From Octopus sinensis (lineage: Eukaryota): 64,000 nt of DNA. Positions 24,329-38,847 of this stretch are shown piece by piece (the stretch's first letter is position 1; each line of letters starts with the position of its first letter). The position numbers were made by a program, and so were the translations under genes. The stretch covers positions 26,722,001 to 26,786,000 of the forward strand of contig NC_043007.1 in assembly GCF_006345805.1 (NCBI RefSeq). The letters run 5' to 3'. The notes under the pieces are model-generated. The model was not told the DNA's origin. It did not search any database and saw only the letters and a program-made list of their open reading frames with translations.

Positions 24329-24730
24329 GGCGGCGAGCTGGCAGAAACTTTAGCACGCCGGGCGAAATGCGTAGCCTTATTTCGTCTGCCGTTCCGTTCT
24401 GAGTTCAAATTCCGCCAAGATCGACTTTGCCTTTCATCCTTTCGGGGTCGATAAATTAAGTACCAGTTACGCACTGAGGTCGATATAATCGACTTAATCC
24501 CTTTCTCTGTCCTTGTTTGTCCCTTCTGTGTTTAGCCCCTTGTGGGTAGTAAAGAAATAGGTATTTCGTCTGTCTTTACGTTTTGAATACAAATTCCGCC
24601 GAAGTCGACTTGGCCTCTCATCCTTTCGGAGTCGATAAATTAAGTACCAGTTACGCACTGGGGTCAATCCATGTGTCTGACCTTGTTCGTCCCATCTGTG
24701 TTTAGCCCCTTGTGGGTAGTAAAGAAACAG
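24329..24730 (+). mobile_element. SINE-B2 dimer (head and two bodies)
   Basis: Junction gtagtaaagaaataggtatttcgtctg at ~24546-24572. Confidence 0.85.
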
Positions 24731-25573
24731 AAACATATCCCTAGTTGTCATTTTAATGAGTCTGTCAATTTTTAATTTCTCTGAATTTCTCCTCCCTTCT
24801 TTTTGAGGGTCGCTTAGAGCATTTTTAATTAAGAACACGTTGCGTAAAACGTTCCGCCCAACTCCCTTTCGGTTATCCAATGAAAACATTTTTTTCCATA
24901 GAACTAATATAATTTTCCTTGAGGCATAATTAATTAAAGCTAACATTTTAATAGTTTATTTGTTTACGGTGTTAGCGCAAACTTAACTTAAAAAATAATT
25001 ATATTCGAGACAGCTATTTCGCAATATTTAAATAAAATTTATAACATTTTGAAATGATATCTATTTAAACAACTCTATGAAATTTATATAAGTTCAAGTG
25101 CCATAAAAATGCCTTATGTAACAGAACGCTCTTTACAGAATTTTGCCAAGACTAACACATCTTTCCTCTTTACAATATTTGTATTTTTTCGTTATTTCCT
25201 TCTTGTTTACAATATTTGATTTCATATGCCTCCATTTCTAAGATGAATTCTCAGTAGAATTGAAGTTGGCGCTGAATATCTCGTGGTCGATAAAACGAGA
25301 GTTAGTGACACATTGAAAAATTCTAACAGGTGACGTTGCCATCTTTATCATTGTTTCATTAAGGCAAACAAACAGCAACAATTGATACAATTTTTTTTGT
25401 TACGAAAATCGAAATCGTTGAACTGCATTGAGTTCCTTCCTAAGACTCGGTTTCGCTTCCTATGTTAGCTGATTCTTGTTCCATCGATACGTTCGGATAA
25501 TTGTAGTGTATATATCTTGTCGGCCATAATTGCTAGCTATTCTAAATGTATTCCACACATGACAATCTACTCT

Positions 25574-25607
<34 letters not shown>

Positions 25608-25613
<6 letters not shown>

Positions 25614-26145
25614 CGTCTGCCGTTACGTTCTGGGTTCAAATTCTGCCGAGGTCGACTTCACCTTTCATCCTTTCAGGGTCGATTAAATAAGTACCATTTA
25701 CGCATTGGGGTCGATATAATCGACTTAATCTATTTGTCTGTCTTTATTTGTCCCCTCTGTGTGTAGCCCCTTGTGGGCAGTAAAGAAATAGGTATTTTGT
25801 TTGTCTTTACGTTCTGAGTTCAAATTCTACCGAGGCTGACTTTGCCTTTGATCCTTTCGAGGTCGATTAAATAAGTACCAGTTATTCACTTGTATCGATG
25901 TAATCGACTCAATCCGTTTGTCTCTCCTTGTTTGTCCTCTCTGTGTTTAGCCCCTTGTGGGTAGTAAAGAAATACATATTTCGTTTGTCTCTACGTTCTA
26001 AATTCAAATTCCGCCGAGGTCGACTTTGCCTTTCATTCTTTCGGGGTCGATAAATTAAGTACCAGTTGCGTACTGAGGCCGATCTAATCGATTGAGCCCC
26101 CCTCCCCCAAAACTTCGGGTCCTGTGTCTAGAGTAGGAAATGATA
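25608..26145 (+). mobile_element. Headless SINE-B trimer (B2, B2, B1 bodies) after (TA)n
   Basis: Junctions cagtaaagaaataggtattttg (~25778) and tagtaaagaaatacatatttcg (~25962); last body ends in the B1 tail. Confidence 0.82.
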
Positions 26146-27125
26146 TTTAGCACTTAAAATTAACATATTGAGTCTTCAAACTAGCTCAACGATTCTTCAG
26201 TTTGGTTCTTTTATAAGCCAGGATAATAATAATTTGAAATTATGGCACGAGTTTTGGAGCGAGTAGGTTAGTCGATACCATCAACTCTACTACTTGTCTG
26301 GTATTCATTTTAATCTTCCCCAGAAGCAGAAAACCTGTAAATACAAAGTTGAATCTGGTGAAAGAATTCCTCCTACACGTTTCTTCTGACGCTTTAACGA
26401 CTCTACCAGGTCGTCGACTTTTATCTAAACTAATAATATAACCACTACCTTCCAAACCTGCATAGACATCTTTTTCTTTTATTTTAAATCACAGACTTAA
26501 TATTGAATGATAAACAAAACTTCCAAACTTATTGAATTTTTCAAAGAAATCTTTCTGCTGTCAGTATATAAAGAACAAAGTTAGTTTACCGAATTAATAT
26601 ATAAGGTACCTCAAATATTTTTGTGTTTGTTTTATTGTGCTTATTATATTAAAGAACGTTATATTGCTATAGAGTTTTTTTTAGATCTTATTTTCTTAAT
26701 TTATTATATTTTCCTTTATTTTGGTATGTTTTTTTTTATTTCTTTTTCAGTGCAGATATTTTGCAGAAAGACAAAATAACGAATTAGAATTTATTTCAAA
26801 ACGCTTGAAGTATGTCGGTGATGATGTAAACCTTCTCTGGAAAACAGAGACAAATAGTAATTTTCGGCAAGCATTGCTTCTGCGTTACTCTTCCCGTACT
26901 GTCTGGCGAAAAGCGGTGGTGGAGTAAGCAACACGATCATTAACAGCGACTGTTAAGCAAAGAGAGAGGTTCTGGTTCTAACTGCGACGAATGCCAGCCA
27001 TAAACCATTCGAAAGCCACCCTTCTTTTCTATACCATTAAATTATATTTTGCAGAGTTTGAACTCCTGTAATCATTAATCTCCTGGATCAGGAATCATAT
27101 GATCCTAAACAACAACAGCTCCTCG

Positions 27126-27609
27126 TAGAGGCGCAATGGCCCAGTGGTTAGGGCAGTGGACTAGCGGTTTTAAGAGCGCGCTTTCGATGCCCAGACCGGG
27201 CGTTATGAGTGCTTATTGAGCAAAAACACCTCAGCTCGACGAGGCTCCGGTGAGAAGTGGTGGTGAACCCCTCTGTCCTCTTTCACCACAACTTTCTCTC
27301 ACTCTTTCTTCCTACTTCTGTCACAAAGCAGAGGAACCACGGTGTAACCCACTATGGTGTGGTAAAACTTTCAGACTCTAGTCTAGATTGCGAATCCTCT
27401 GTACCCCACGATGGTTCAGGTCTCCACCCGTTAAAAACCACCGTTTACGGAATGAGGATAACAACGTAGCTTTCGCGCCCGTGCAACCGCCAGTCTATCA
27501 CGTGTGGTGCGTGGATCTTCAAGTTGCCACACGCATTCTTAGAAGCTTAGAGAGGCTCGAATTATTCTTTGTGGCTAATGGCCTGATTCCTGATTGGAAG
27601 AAGAAGAAG
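27126..27609 (+). mobile_element. SINE-D full length with (GAA)n tail
   Basis: tRNA head gaggcgcaatggcccagtgg...tttcgatgccc, unique ~300-bp 3' half ending gattggaagaagaagaag; acaacagc at 27112-27119 and 27610-27617 is a possible TSD. Confidence 0.72.
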
Positions 27610-27625
27610 ACAACAGCCCCCCTCC

Positions 27626-27661
<36 letters not shown>

Positions 27662-27727
27662 TTACATAACATTGTTACTTAATCGAAGCGGTGCGAGATA
27701 TCCTAATTAACACTTTTGTTTACAAAT

Positions 27728-27995
27728 GACGCGTGGTGTAGTGGTTGAGGTGATCGGCTCACGGTCGTAAAATCGCAAGTTCGATTCTCGACAGCGCCTT
27801 GTGTCCTCCAACAAGACTCTTTCTTTCTTGTTGCTGCAGTCCACTCAGCCGGCAAAAATAAGTAGTACCTGTTATTCAAAGGGGTCAGCCTTATTACATC
27901 CTTTGTCGCTCCAAATCTCCCTGAGAAGTACGTTAAGGGTACATGTGTTTGTGGAGTACTCGGCCAGATACACGTTAATTTCCTTAGCTGGCTGT
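27728..27995 (+). mobile_element. SINE-E, decayed
   Basis: gacgcgtggtgtagtgg...aagttcgattctc head; cagtccactcagccggcaaaaataagt; SINE-C-type body ctgagaagtacgttaagggtacatgtg. Confidence 0.7.
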
Positions 27996-28278
27996 TCCAT
28001 TGATTGGTGATTGTTCCTTTGTTTCTACTACAGATACTGGAGCCTAACTCTGAGTTTCCGAGGTACGAAACGCAAAGATTACAAGTGAAGCAGTTGAAAT
28101 CAGAACGTCAAATGCCGGAACAAGTGCCGTTATTTTATTATTCCGGCTCTTTACCTCCAAAATTCAAATACCGCCGATACCAACGGTCACTTTTAATCCT
28201 ATAGGCTCATTAGTTCAAATGCTGGAGTCGATATTATTGATTAAGGTACATCTCAATGAGTCGATATCATTGATTGAA

Positions 28279-28507
28279 GGCGGCGAGCTGGCAGAAACGT
28301 TAGCACGCCGGGCGAAATGCCTTGTGGAATTTCGTCCACCGCTGCGTTCTGAGTTCAAATTCCACCGAGGTCGACTTTGCCTTTCATTCTTTCGGGGTCG
28401 ATAAATTAAGTACCAGATACGCACTGGAGTCGATGTAATCGACTTAATCCATTTGTCTGTCCTTGTTGTCCCCTCTGTGTTTAGCCCCTTGTGGGTAGTA
28501 AAGAAAT
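28279..28507 (+). mobile_element. SINE-B2 monomer inserted into a SINE-E (host head at 28508-28652, minus)
   Basis: aggtacatctca at 28244-28255 and 28508-28519 is a probable TSD. Confidence 0.8.
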
Positions 28508-29147
28508 AGGTACATCTCATTTTTGCCAACTGAGTGAACTGGGGCAACGTGAAGTAAAGTGTTTTGCTCATGGACACGACACGCCGACGGGGATTGAACT
28601 AACAACCTTAGGATCGCCTGACCAATACCTTAACCACTAAGCCACGCATCTCCCAAGCCACTCCATAAAGTGGTATTAAATTATATTGGAATGATTAGAG
28701 ATAATGAGATTATCCGTTCTATAATGCTGTACTGATGACAGCATTTCATTGAAACTATTTGCATAACATATTTTCTGATAGCTACCCATAATGAGTCACG
28801 TGTCTCGAATAGGGATACACTGTATGTAAAAAGGGTGCAGTATTTGTGTCCCCAAATTATCCATTATATGTGTGTGTGTTTAATAGTTGAGTGTTTCATA
28901 TATTATAGATATGGTATTTATATGATCCAACGCATGTGTTGGTTCGACAATACGCATACGCATACACACAGATCCACACACACATTTATGTATATACAGA
29001 CACATATACAGTTCTATATTCTTATAATTACGTAATCACGTGTGTGTGTATACAAGTGAGCATATGCGAACGTGAGTATATGTGTGTGTGTGTATGTATG
29101 TGTGTTTGTATGTATGCATGTGTGTGTTTAACAGTTCGATGTTTCAT

Positions 29148-29217
<70 letters not shown>

Positions 29218-29424
29218 TGGTATTAATATGATCCAACGCATGTGGGATTAGACAGCACACACACATGCATACGCACACGCACGCACGCACACAGATTCAC
29301 ACACACATCTATGTATATGCACACACATATACATCTCTCTATATATACTTATATGTTCATATAATTACGTATTTACAAACACGTGTGTGTGTATAGTACA
29401 CGCACGAGCATATGTAAACGTGTG

Positions 29425-29473
<49 letters not shown>

Positions 29474-31702
29474 TGTGTGTGTGTTTATGCATTCAGATGC
29501 ACGATTGCATTAGATTCTAGGAATTCAAATATAACTACACATACACGAACACACACATAAAAACATGCGTACAGAAACACACACACAACTGCAAACCCAA
29601 ACACACACACAAACACACACACACTTATATTCATTTTATATATGGAACTGTTCTCTATAACATTTTGCTTGGCATTAATTAATTATTTACTGTTACAATG
29701 AATAGATGTATGAATATTTATATATATTTTACATTTTATAAAATGTATTCAAATCTAAATCTAATATTTAATTAGTTTTAAGTTTACGATATTTGTTGCC
29801 ATACAACAGTCATTACTGCAGATTCTGCAGACAATATTTAAAATATCTGCAAAATTCCAGTAAAGCAACGCTTCCACAGGTATGCAGAGAGCGCCGCAGT
29901 GAACGATGAGTTTTCAATAATCAAGTAGATATGCGGCAGCGTGTTATAATACAAACAATATTCATTATTCAAACTCTTCCGGCAATATATTGCACATTGT
30001 TGAAATCCGATAAATGCTTTCGGCAAAGTGCATTTATCTGTTTCATTACAGACAACTATTTTTTTGTTGCTGCTGTTATTCTTATGGTTTTTTTTTGTTT
30101 TGTTTTGTTTTGAGTGTTTGTTATTTATTTTTTCGTATGCTTCAGAAAAGCTGTGAAGAACAGGTATTTAATGAAATTACAAAAACATAATGTAATATAG
30201 ATATAAATCCTCTCACACTGTGTCTGCGTATATCTTTGTATATTCGAATGTGAGGAAGAATCCAGCTGCACAAAACACTTTTCTCCATTTCTCCGCCATG
30301 TTTCCTCCATTATTTCACGACAAATAAACCAATGCATACATGCATTCATAGATACATAGGTACATACATGCATGCAGTTACAAACACAGATATACATATA
30401 TATATGAATGTGTATGTATGTGTAGTGTAAATAATATGAACAATAATGAATGATAACGCAGGACACCTAATGTTTAACAAATAAGATAACAGCTTAACAC
30501 ATTTATAGAATATGGACACTGTTAACTTTTCGGACGTTAGTCTGTTATCAGACTAACGAGAGATGCGGAACCGGTGTGAGAAAGTACAATAGTGATTGAG
30601 AGAGAGCATATATATATAAATATATATATATACGTGTGTTTCAGATGATCAATTGCATTTTCTTGCTCTCACAGGCCACACAGGCAAAAATCACCACTTT
30701 TGCAGTTTTTTGCACCAGGAAATGACATTTTCAACTTTCTCGTGCGGTTCGGCAAAAGCAACCGATAGAGTTACTATTAGGCTTCCAAAGAATAAGTCCT
30801 GGGGTCGATTTGCTTGACTAAATGCAGTGCTCCTGCATGGCCGCAGTCAAATGGCTGAAACAAGTACAACAGTAAAAAGAGTAAAAGAATATATATATAT
30901 GTATGTATGTATGTATGCATGTGTGTGTGTAGGTATATATGTGTAAGTATGTTTGTATGCATATACATGGCCTACACTCTTCAACAGAAAGGAATAAGAG
31001 AAAATAAACAGAGAGAGATTGAAAAACAACACTTGTAGTTTTCAGCATTCTAAAACGGTGTATATAGATGTGCGTGTCTGTATTTCGTGTATATATTGAA
31101 AAATATCGAAGCGTACTCATAATAATTTTAGTATTACAATTAATCGGTGACATAACTGGGTCCATTAGCCTCGTCGCAGCGTAATGATACAACTTGAAAG
31201 CTGGATTTCAGAGAGTGTCTCTTTGTATAATGGAGCAACGAGAAATTCGATGCTTTTGAGAGCTGATTCTGTGACCGATCTAGCAATCGGAAATAAACAC
31301 TATGGCCGTGAGATCAAAATTCTAACCGATACATCACACCTAATAAATACACATATACATCCACACATAGAAAGTCATAAACAGGCAGACAAAGAGAGAG
31401 AGACAAATATGTACATCCATGCGTACCATCACCTCGCAGACAATTCTCTTATGCTCCTATAAAGAAAGCATCCTTCATTAGATTTTCCATCTTGATTCCC
31501 AGGCGCGACTAACTTAGAGAATGTATATTATCCAACCATTTCATTCTCGGTCTACATATAGGTCCCGCAATGCGGATGGTTGAAGCAGAGCTAACTGGCA
31601 TCTGTGTGTGTGTATGTACGTGTACATATGTATGTATGCATGTATACACGTATATATATATAGAGAGGGAGAGAGAGACAGACAGACAGAGAGAGAGAGA
31701 GC

Positions 31703-31773
<71 letters not shown>

Positions 31774-31984
31774 TATATTATATATACTATATTTACTGAT
31801 TAGAATCATACCGCAGTTCTATCGTTTCTCAAATTCAGTATAAGCATGCACACACACTCACGCAAACAGATGTGTCTGTATATACATACATAGCTACATA
31901 TATATACGTAATATATATGTACGCATGTATGTTTGTATGCTTATATATACACACATAAATATATTTATATAGATATATAAATTG

Positions 31985-32185
<201 letters not shown>

Positions 32186-32269
32186 TATAAATGTGCGATG
32201 GGTAAATTGTCGCATACGCATTGTTTGATTTTGAATTTGTCGAATACACAGTATGGTAGGGCCAGTTTA

Positions 32270-33355
32270 GTACCATTTGTGAGAAAAAAAAAGCATCTTG
32301 ACGCAATTCACTCTGCCAAAAATTTGGATACGACATGTTGTCTGCTTGGAATTCGAGTCAGAAGCTTCAATACGCTGATTTTAGGGCATTTGGTGTCAAT
32401 CTGGATACATTGCAGAAGTTTCGGAAAGAATTGAATGTGTCTATGGTGAATGCGAAGGAAAGAACTCCAAAATTTATTAGCGAAATCCATTCCATCATTG
32501 ACAACAATACCTCCGAGTCAATCAGGTCCATCACCAGGGATATGGGAGTATCTGAGCTTCTTATGATGCAGGTAGTGCATAAAGGCATTCTCTATTCCTC
32601 ATACAAGATGAGAAAGGACAAATTTCTATCTCAAGGACGAGTGAAAAGACCGCGCTACGAAGCTTTTGAACAAATGCAAGCATCCTCTCTGACCGAACAT
32701 GATTTGGTTTTTCTCAGACGAGAACAATTTCTGCGAGAATCATATGGTGAACACCCAGAACAACCGTTGGATTGCTGTGTCCCCAAAACATGTACCGAGA
32801 GTGATAATGATCAAACATCCAGTTGACATCATGGTGTTTGGAGTGATTACTAGTGATGGCGACGTTATATCCCCATTCATCTTCCCACACGGCTTCAGAC
32901 TCAACTCCAAGACCAACATCAAATGCTGCCCTGAGTGGCTGCTGGAGGGCCCTATGTCTGGCAACAGGACTCTGCACTATGCCATACAGGCAGAACCCAA
33001 GCATGACTGTCAAACAAATTCTGCGACCACATCACCCCTAACATCTGGCCACCCAACTCCCTAGACAGAACGAGAGACCAACAAAACTCCTTGTAGCTCT
33101 AAAGATGAACTGAAAACAAGGATTATGGCAGCATTCGCCACCTTAAACAAGGAAACCGTCCAGAAGAATTGCAGAAGATTTCGAAGTCGTCTGCAGTCCA
33201 TGGATGAAGCCATTGGCGATTTTATGGAACAAATTTACTCTGTAGAATCTTAAGATACTTTTATGTAATATTGGTAAATATATCTTTTGAAATGAGATGA
33301 CAGTCTTATTTTCATTTTTGCGTAATGCAGACAGTTTCTTCGCCGACCCTCTATA
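32270..33355 (+). mobile_element. Decayed Tc1/mariner transposon, DD37D (maT)-like transposase pseudogene
   Basis: WFFSDENNF...NTQNNRW...VP.VIMIKHP..IMVFGVITSDGDVISPFIFPHGFRLN (32699-32930) and HITPNIWPPNSLD (~33027-33066, WPPNSPD-like motif); frameshifted. Possible right terminus ...cgccgaccctctaTA at ~33340-33355; left TIR not found. Confidence 0.8.
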
Positions 33356-33917
33356 TGCATGTTGGTATATGAGTGTATATGTATATATGTGTATGTTTGT
33401 ATGTACGTATGCATTTCTATATATACGTTTTTATTTCTGTATGTATGAGTGTATGCATGCATGTATGTATGTATGTATGTGTGTGTGTATGCTTATGCTT
33501 ATCATCAAGAAGATATGTCGCTTTAAAATAACTCAGCGATTTGACTGTCAAGATGTCGCTGAATATGGATGCCTGCACGACCTCTCGAACGCAAAGCAGT
33601 ATGATATACATGGAGTTCATAGATTTCGTTCAAAGAAAGCCATGCAGGCTAGATTATAACATCGTTATTTAAGTAAGAACTTCACGACGTAGATGATTGA
33701 TAGTCGCAGATTTAATTATGTCGAATATAAATTTAATCACCTTCACTTAGATGCATTGGATGTTTTAACACATAACGTTTCGCAAAAGGTACGCTGTTCG
33801 TTATCATTTTCTTCTTTTTTTTAATTAGTAACGACTATGCAGACAAGCACACACAAATGCTCACGTGAACACAACCTCGTTTATGGCTTCATGATACATA
33901 TATATTACCATATATAG

Positions 33918-33976
<59 letters not shown>

Positions 33977-34092
33977 GAGATAGGTAGGTAGGTAGGTAGG
34001 TAGGTAGGTAGATAGATAGATAGGTAGATAGATAAACAGACAGACAGATAGAAAGATAGATACATACATACATACATAAATGGACAGACAAC

Positions 34093-34175
<83 letters not shown>

Positions 34176-34225
34176 CATACATACATACATACATACATAC
34201 ATAAATAGACAAACAGGTAGATGGG

Positions 34226-34295
<70 letters not shown>

Positions 34296-34491
34296 CATTG
34301 ATAGATAAATAAATATATACTTACATATTTGTTAATATGTATTGCATATCTATAATGTAATATATATAAAACATATTTATAAGTATATATATATTTATAT
34401 TATATGTTAATCTATCCATCGATTTATATATGTGTGTGTGTGTGTCTGTCTCTCTTTAAATACATATTTATATATCTGTGTATATATAAGA

Positions 34492-34536
<45 letters not shown>

Positions 34537-34726
34537 ATATATATATAATATATATACATTTGCATGTTCAAATCATGGACACATATACACAGCAAGTATC
34601 AAACGTATTGACATAGCGGATTTATATCAACACATTACATGTAAACTTTCTCTATCATGAGATACATCTCTCCGTCGGAGCGGTCGCGAACTTACCTGCA
34701 TATGTATGTGTGTGTGTGTATGTATG

Positions 34727-34794
<68 letters not shown>

Positions 34795-35137
34795 TATGTG
34801 TATATACATACATATATGTATATATATATATATTATGTTTATATATGTGAGTATACATATATAGGTATGTATATATGTCACTTAGCGGTTCGGCAAAAGA
34901 GACCGATAGAATAAGTATTGGGCTTACGAAAGAATAAGTCCGGGGTCGAGTTGCTCGATTAAAGGCGGTGCTCCAGCATGGCCGTAGTCAAATGACTGAA
35001 ACAGGTAAAAGAGAAAAAAGAGAAATATATATATATATATACAAGTGTTTTTATGTGTTTGTGTTTCTCTCTGCAGCTTTCTGTCCTTCTGCCTATCTCT
35101 CTCCCTCTTTCTCTTCTCTTTTTTCTCTTTCTCTCTT

Positions 35138-35176
<39 letters not shown>

Positions 35177-36052
35177 TTCTCTCTCTGTCTCTTTGCCTCT
35201 CCCTGTATTTTCTTCGTGTATGCTTACCTATGTATAACTCTGCATAAGTGAACACCAGTGACGAGACCTTATCTGCTTGCGTCATCCTTTATTTCATTAA
35301 GAAATCTACGTAGAAAAGCGATCCTCCATTTTCCCAATCAGCCTTTTCGTTAAAAGTTTAATCTGCAATAAACCAGCCATTTTGTTCTATTTCATTTTGT
35401 CTTTTACGCAATCCATTGCGCTCTCCTTCATTAAAATTACTACAAATCTTTGCGCTATTGGAACGTTTTAAGCGTTCGCAATCTCTGCAGAAGACACATC
35501 TTAGAAGGAAAAATCTAATTCTCTTACTTATATTTAAAGTGAAATGTAATTTCGCTTTGACAAAGATCTTAACTATTGCATCACGAAATTTCGCCTACTA
35601 AACGAACAAAGTCTGAAAAGTAATTAAAAAATAAGTTGTAAAGAAGAGGGAAAAAAAGAGAAAAGAACAAATAAAGTACATTGTATTTATGAAGCCGAGA
35701 AAAGATTTTGCGGAATCTTCAAGAAAACATGAATGGGGTTTGCACAAAATTTCAAGGAAAATACTGAAATGTGTATGTACATAAACTCACCCAGTTAACA
35801 CACACACACACACACAACACACACACACACAAGCACACAAACAAATACACATACATATACACACACACACGTATATGTGTGTGTGTGTGTAAGTATGTTT
35901 GTATATGTTCATATTTATGCATAGAAACATGCAATATACATACATGAGTGTACATGTATGAGAGTGTATAGACGTATAGACATGTGTGTGTGTGCGTGTG
36001 TGCCTGTGTGTATTACGTGTGTTTATATGTACATGCGATTATGCTCTCCTAC

Positions 36053-36098
<46 letters not shown>

Positions 36099-36122
36099 GA
36101 CTAGAATGCATACAAATGACGA

Positions 36123-36173
<51 letters not shown>

Positions 36174-36240
36174 TACATATCTATAATTATGCCTATGTAT
36201 ATATTTATATGCCGAGAGTAAGTATACATATAAATATGTG

Positions 36241-36290
<50 letters not shown>

Positions 36291-36291
36291 C

Positions 36292-36357
<66 letters not shown>

Positions 36358-36849
36358 GTATGTCAGTTGTCTGTGTGTAGTTATGGGGAGAGTATAAGTG
36401 ACATACAGAGAGAGAGAGAGTGTGTGGGAGAGAGAAGGAGAGAGGAGAGAGAGAGAGAGAGAGAGATAGAGAGAGAGAGAGACCATTGCTTGAAAGACTG
36501 AAAGGAAAACTCTAATACAAAAAAAAACACACAATACAAAACAAAAAGAAAAGACGAAAGACAAAAGAAGTGCGAAATAATATATAAGAATACATAAATG
36601 CGTTTGAAAAGGAAACGAACAAAATATGAAAAGCTTCAAATTGTCTGCTGCATAAAAGAGTAAACGATGAAAAGACAGAAACATTAACAATCACAGAACG
36701 ACGACAGCAACAAGACGAAGAAGAACAGTTAAAAGTATGAACGTCTAAGACACTAATAATGGCGACCAAAAGGAAAAGAAGAAAAGAAAAACAAAGATAA
36801 CGGCAGGAATAGAAAGATTTATGTGCTTATGAACAGTAACAACAGGCGT

Positions 36850-36928
36850 AATGACGATGGCAATAATGATGATGATGATGATGATGATGATGGTAATAAT
36901 GACGATGGTAATAATGATAATAATAATG

Positions 36929-36971
<43 letters not shown>

Positions 36972-37054
36972 TAACAATAATAATAATGATAATAATAATG
37001 GTAAAAATAATAATCAGAGGAAGAATGTTAGAAATAGTAATAATAATGATAAGG

Positions 37055-37111
<57 letters not shown>

Positions 37112-37249
37112 GTAGTAGTAGTAGTAATAACTACAACTACAGCAACAATAATAATAATAATAAAAATATTAATTATAACAGTGAGAATACTATTACTAAT
37201 GACAATAGTGGTGATGATGATCATAATGATGATGTGGATGATGATCATG

Positions 37250-37280
<31 letters not shown>
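36850..37280. repeat. Compound trinucleotide array (GAT/AAT/AGT/AAC)
   Basis: Direct reading; its poly-N/D/I/M ORFs are artefacts. Confidence 0.93.
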
Positions 37281-38107
37281 AGATTCAATTTATTAGCTAC
37301 AAAGGGTTGCCGACTTTGGGGACACAACAAAGGCGAAATACAAAAGAAAAAATAACAAATATGAGACAAAGGGCGGCGGTATTTTGTATTGAGGGGAAAT
37401 CGGGTGAGGTCAACTCTAACAATAACGACACATTAACATGTGAATGAATGAATAATTGATGGAGAGAAGGAATTAGTGAACGAATATATACGTTTTTAAG
37501 GCCCCAGGGCGATGAGCCTGAAACAGAAGTATCATTCCTCACCGCACACAGCGATCGCGTACGGTAGCTACACAACCTGCGACGATCTTTGCCTTCTGTT
37601 TCTTTTACATTCTGATTATTTTCTGGTAGATAAGGGCTCCCAATTTTTCCCGCCATCATCTACAGAATTTGACTCACCGAGAAACTTCATATCACCTGGA
37701 TTGTTTGATACAACAAGGGCACTGTAATCCTGTATTGGCGTCAGCTCGGCATCGATGTAGAGCTTCCTTGGGATTTTCGAGAAAGAATTTGGGCATGTGT
37801 CAGCAAATATGTTCTACGGGTAGGAACCGGGTTACGTTTTGCTATCCCATGAGAGATACATAATTATCTCGCACACTTCTTCATTTACAGCGGAGACATC
37901 ATCAGGAGAAACTACGTCCGGTTTCGGCCCCTACTCCTCTACCATTTTTGACGTGGTGGGCCCCCCCTTTCGGGGGTGTCTTCAGCTCTAGTGTTGAATG
38001 AATTTCTTCTTTCTTCTTCTTTCTTCTGTTCCCTGGCCTCTTCGATGCAGCGTCAACGATTGTCAGCGGGCGACTGACCATCCTGCCAAATTTTCCTTTA
38101 ATTACTC

Positions 38108-38847
38108 GCTGGTAGGCTCCAGGAGCCAGCACCAGCTAACTCTCACGTGACATTGTCTAAACTTCGACTATCCAATAAAGGGTGACATCATCTACAGAAT
38201 TTGACTCACCAAGAATCTTCATATCACCTGGATATGCTCTCTCATGAGAGGGACATAATTTCTCGCTCACCTCTTCGTTTATAGCGGTGCTTGGAAGTAG
38301 AGTACGCAGGGCGTGGTAGTTGCATGCGCCCAGTGTGTGGAATTTATGGCGTTTAAACTTTGGTAAGAGGAAAAAGTCACAAGAGGTAAGATGTGAGGAA
38401 TATGGTGGTGATGGTGTTACGTTTGACCAAAAACTGATGCAAAAACTGCTCTGAAGGGATATGTACAAATTTCCAATAACCGGGCGCATGCCTTGACAAA
38501 ACTGAAACCACGGTATGTCCAACCACTACTGTAAATTATGAAAGTGAGCGAGGACATTATAACTTGTGTGCACGCGCAACAGTGTTCAAGGTCAATCTTT
38601 GCGAAGTATCTTCGTAGGTAGCGGTCTCGTTCATGGTGCTCCCTCCTCTTAGTTCGAAGGCTTGTACCACCAAACACCTGGCCGGCTGTGGCTGCTGGAA
38701 CTGAAATTAGCACGACGCAGTTGGCAGGCAGGCAGGCTTAGAGAGGGCGCGTGCTAATATTACGCGCCCTTCTCCTCCATTGGTCAGCTGAAGTTTAGAC
38801 AGTGTCACGTGACAACTAGCTGGTGCAGGCTGCTGGAGCCTACCCGC
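38108..38847 (-). mobile_element. Internally deleted mariner element with ~70-bp inverted termini
   Basis: 38108-38175 ggtaggctccaggagccagcaccagctaactctcacgtgacattgtctaaacttc is the inverted copy of 38778-38847. Minus ORF reads TPSPPYSSHLTSCDFFLLPKFK (mariner HPPYSPDLAPCDF motif). Hairpin agggcgcgt/acgcgccct at 38744-38770. Confidence 0.75.

Noticed and set aside
28732-28765. CTGATGA...GAAAC string
   Set aside because: No stem II closure and no NUH in register.
37895-37932. Minus-strand GAAAC...GUA...CUGAUGA (type II-like order)
   Set aside because: Stem I is 1 bp, the 10.1-11.1 pair is mismatched, and there is no second copy to support it.
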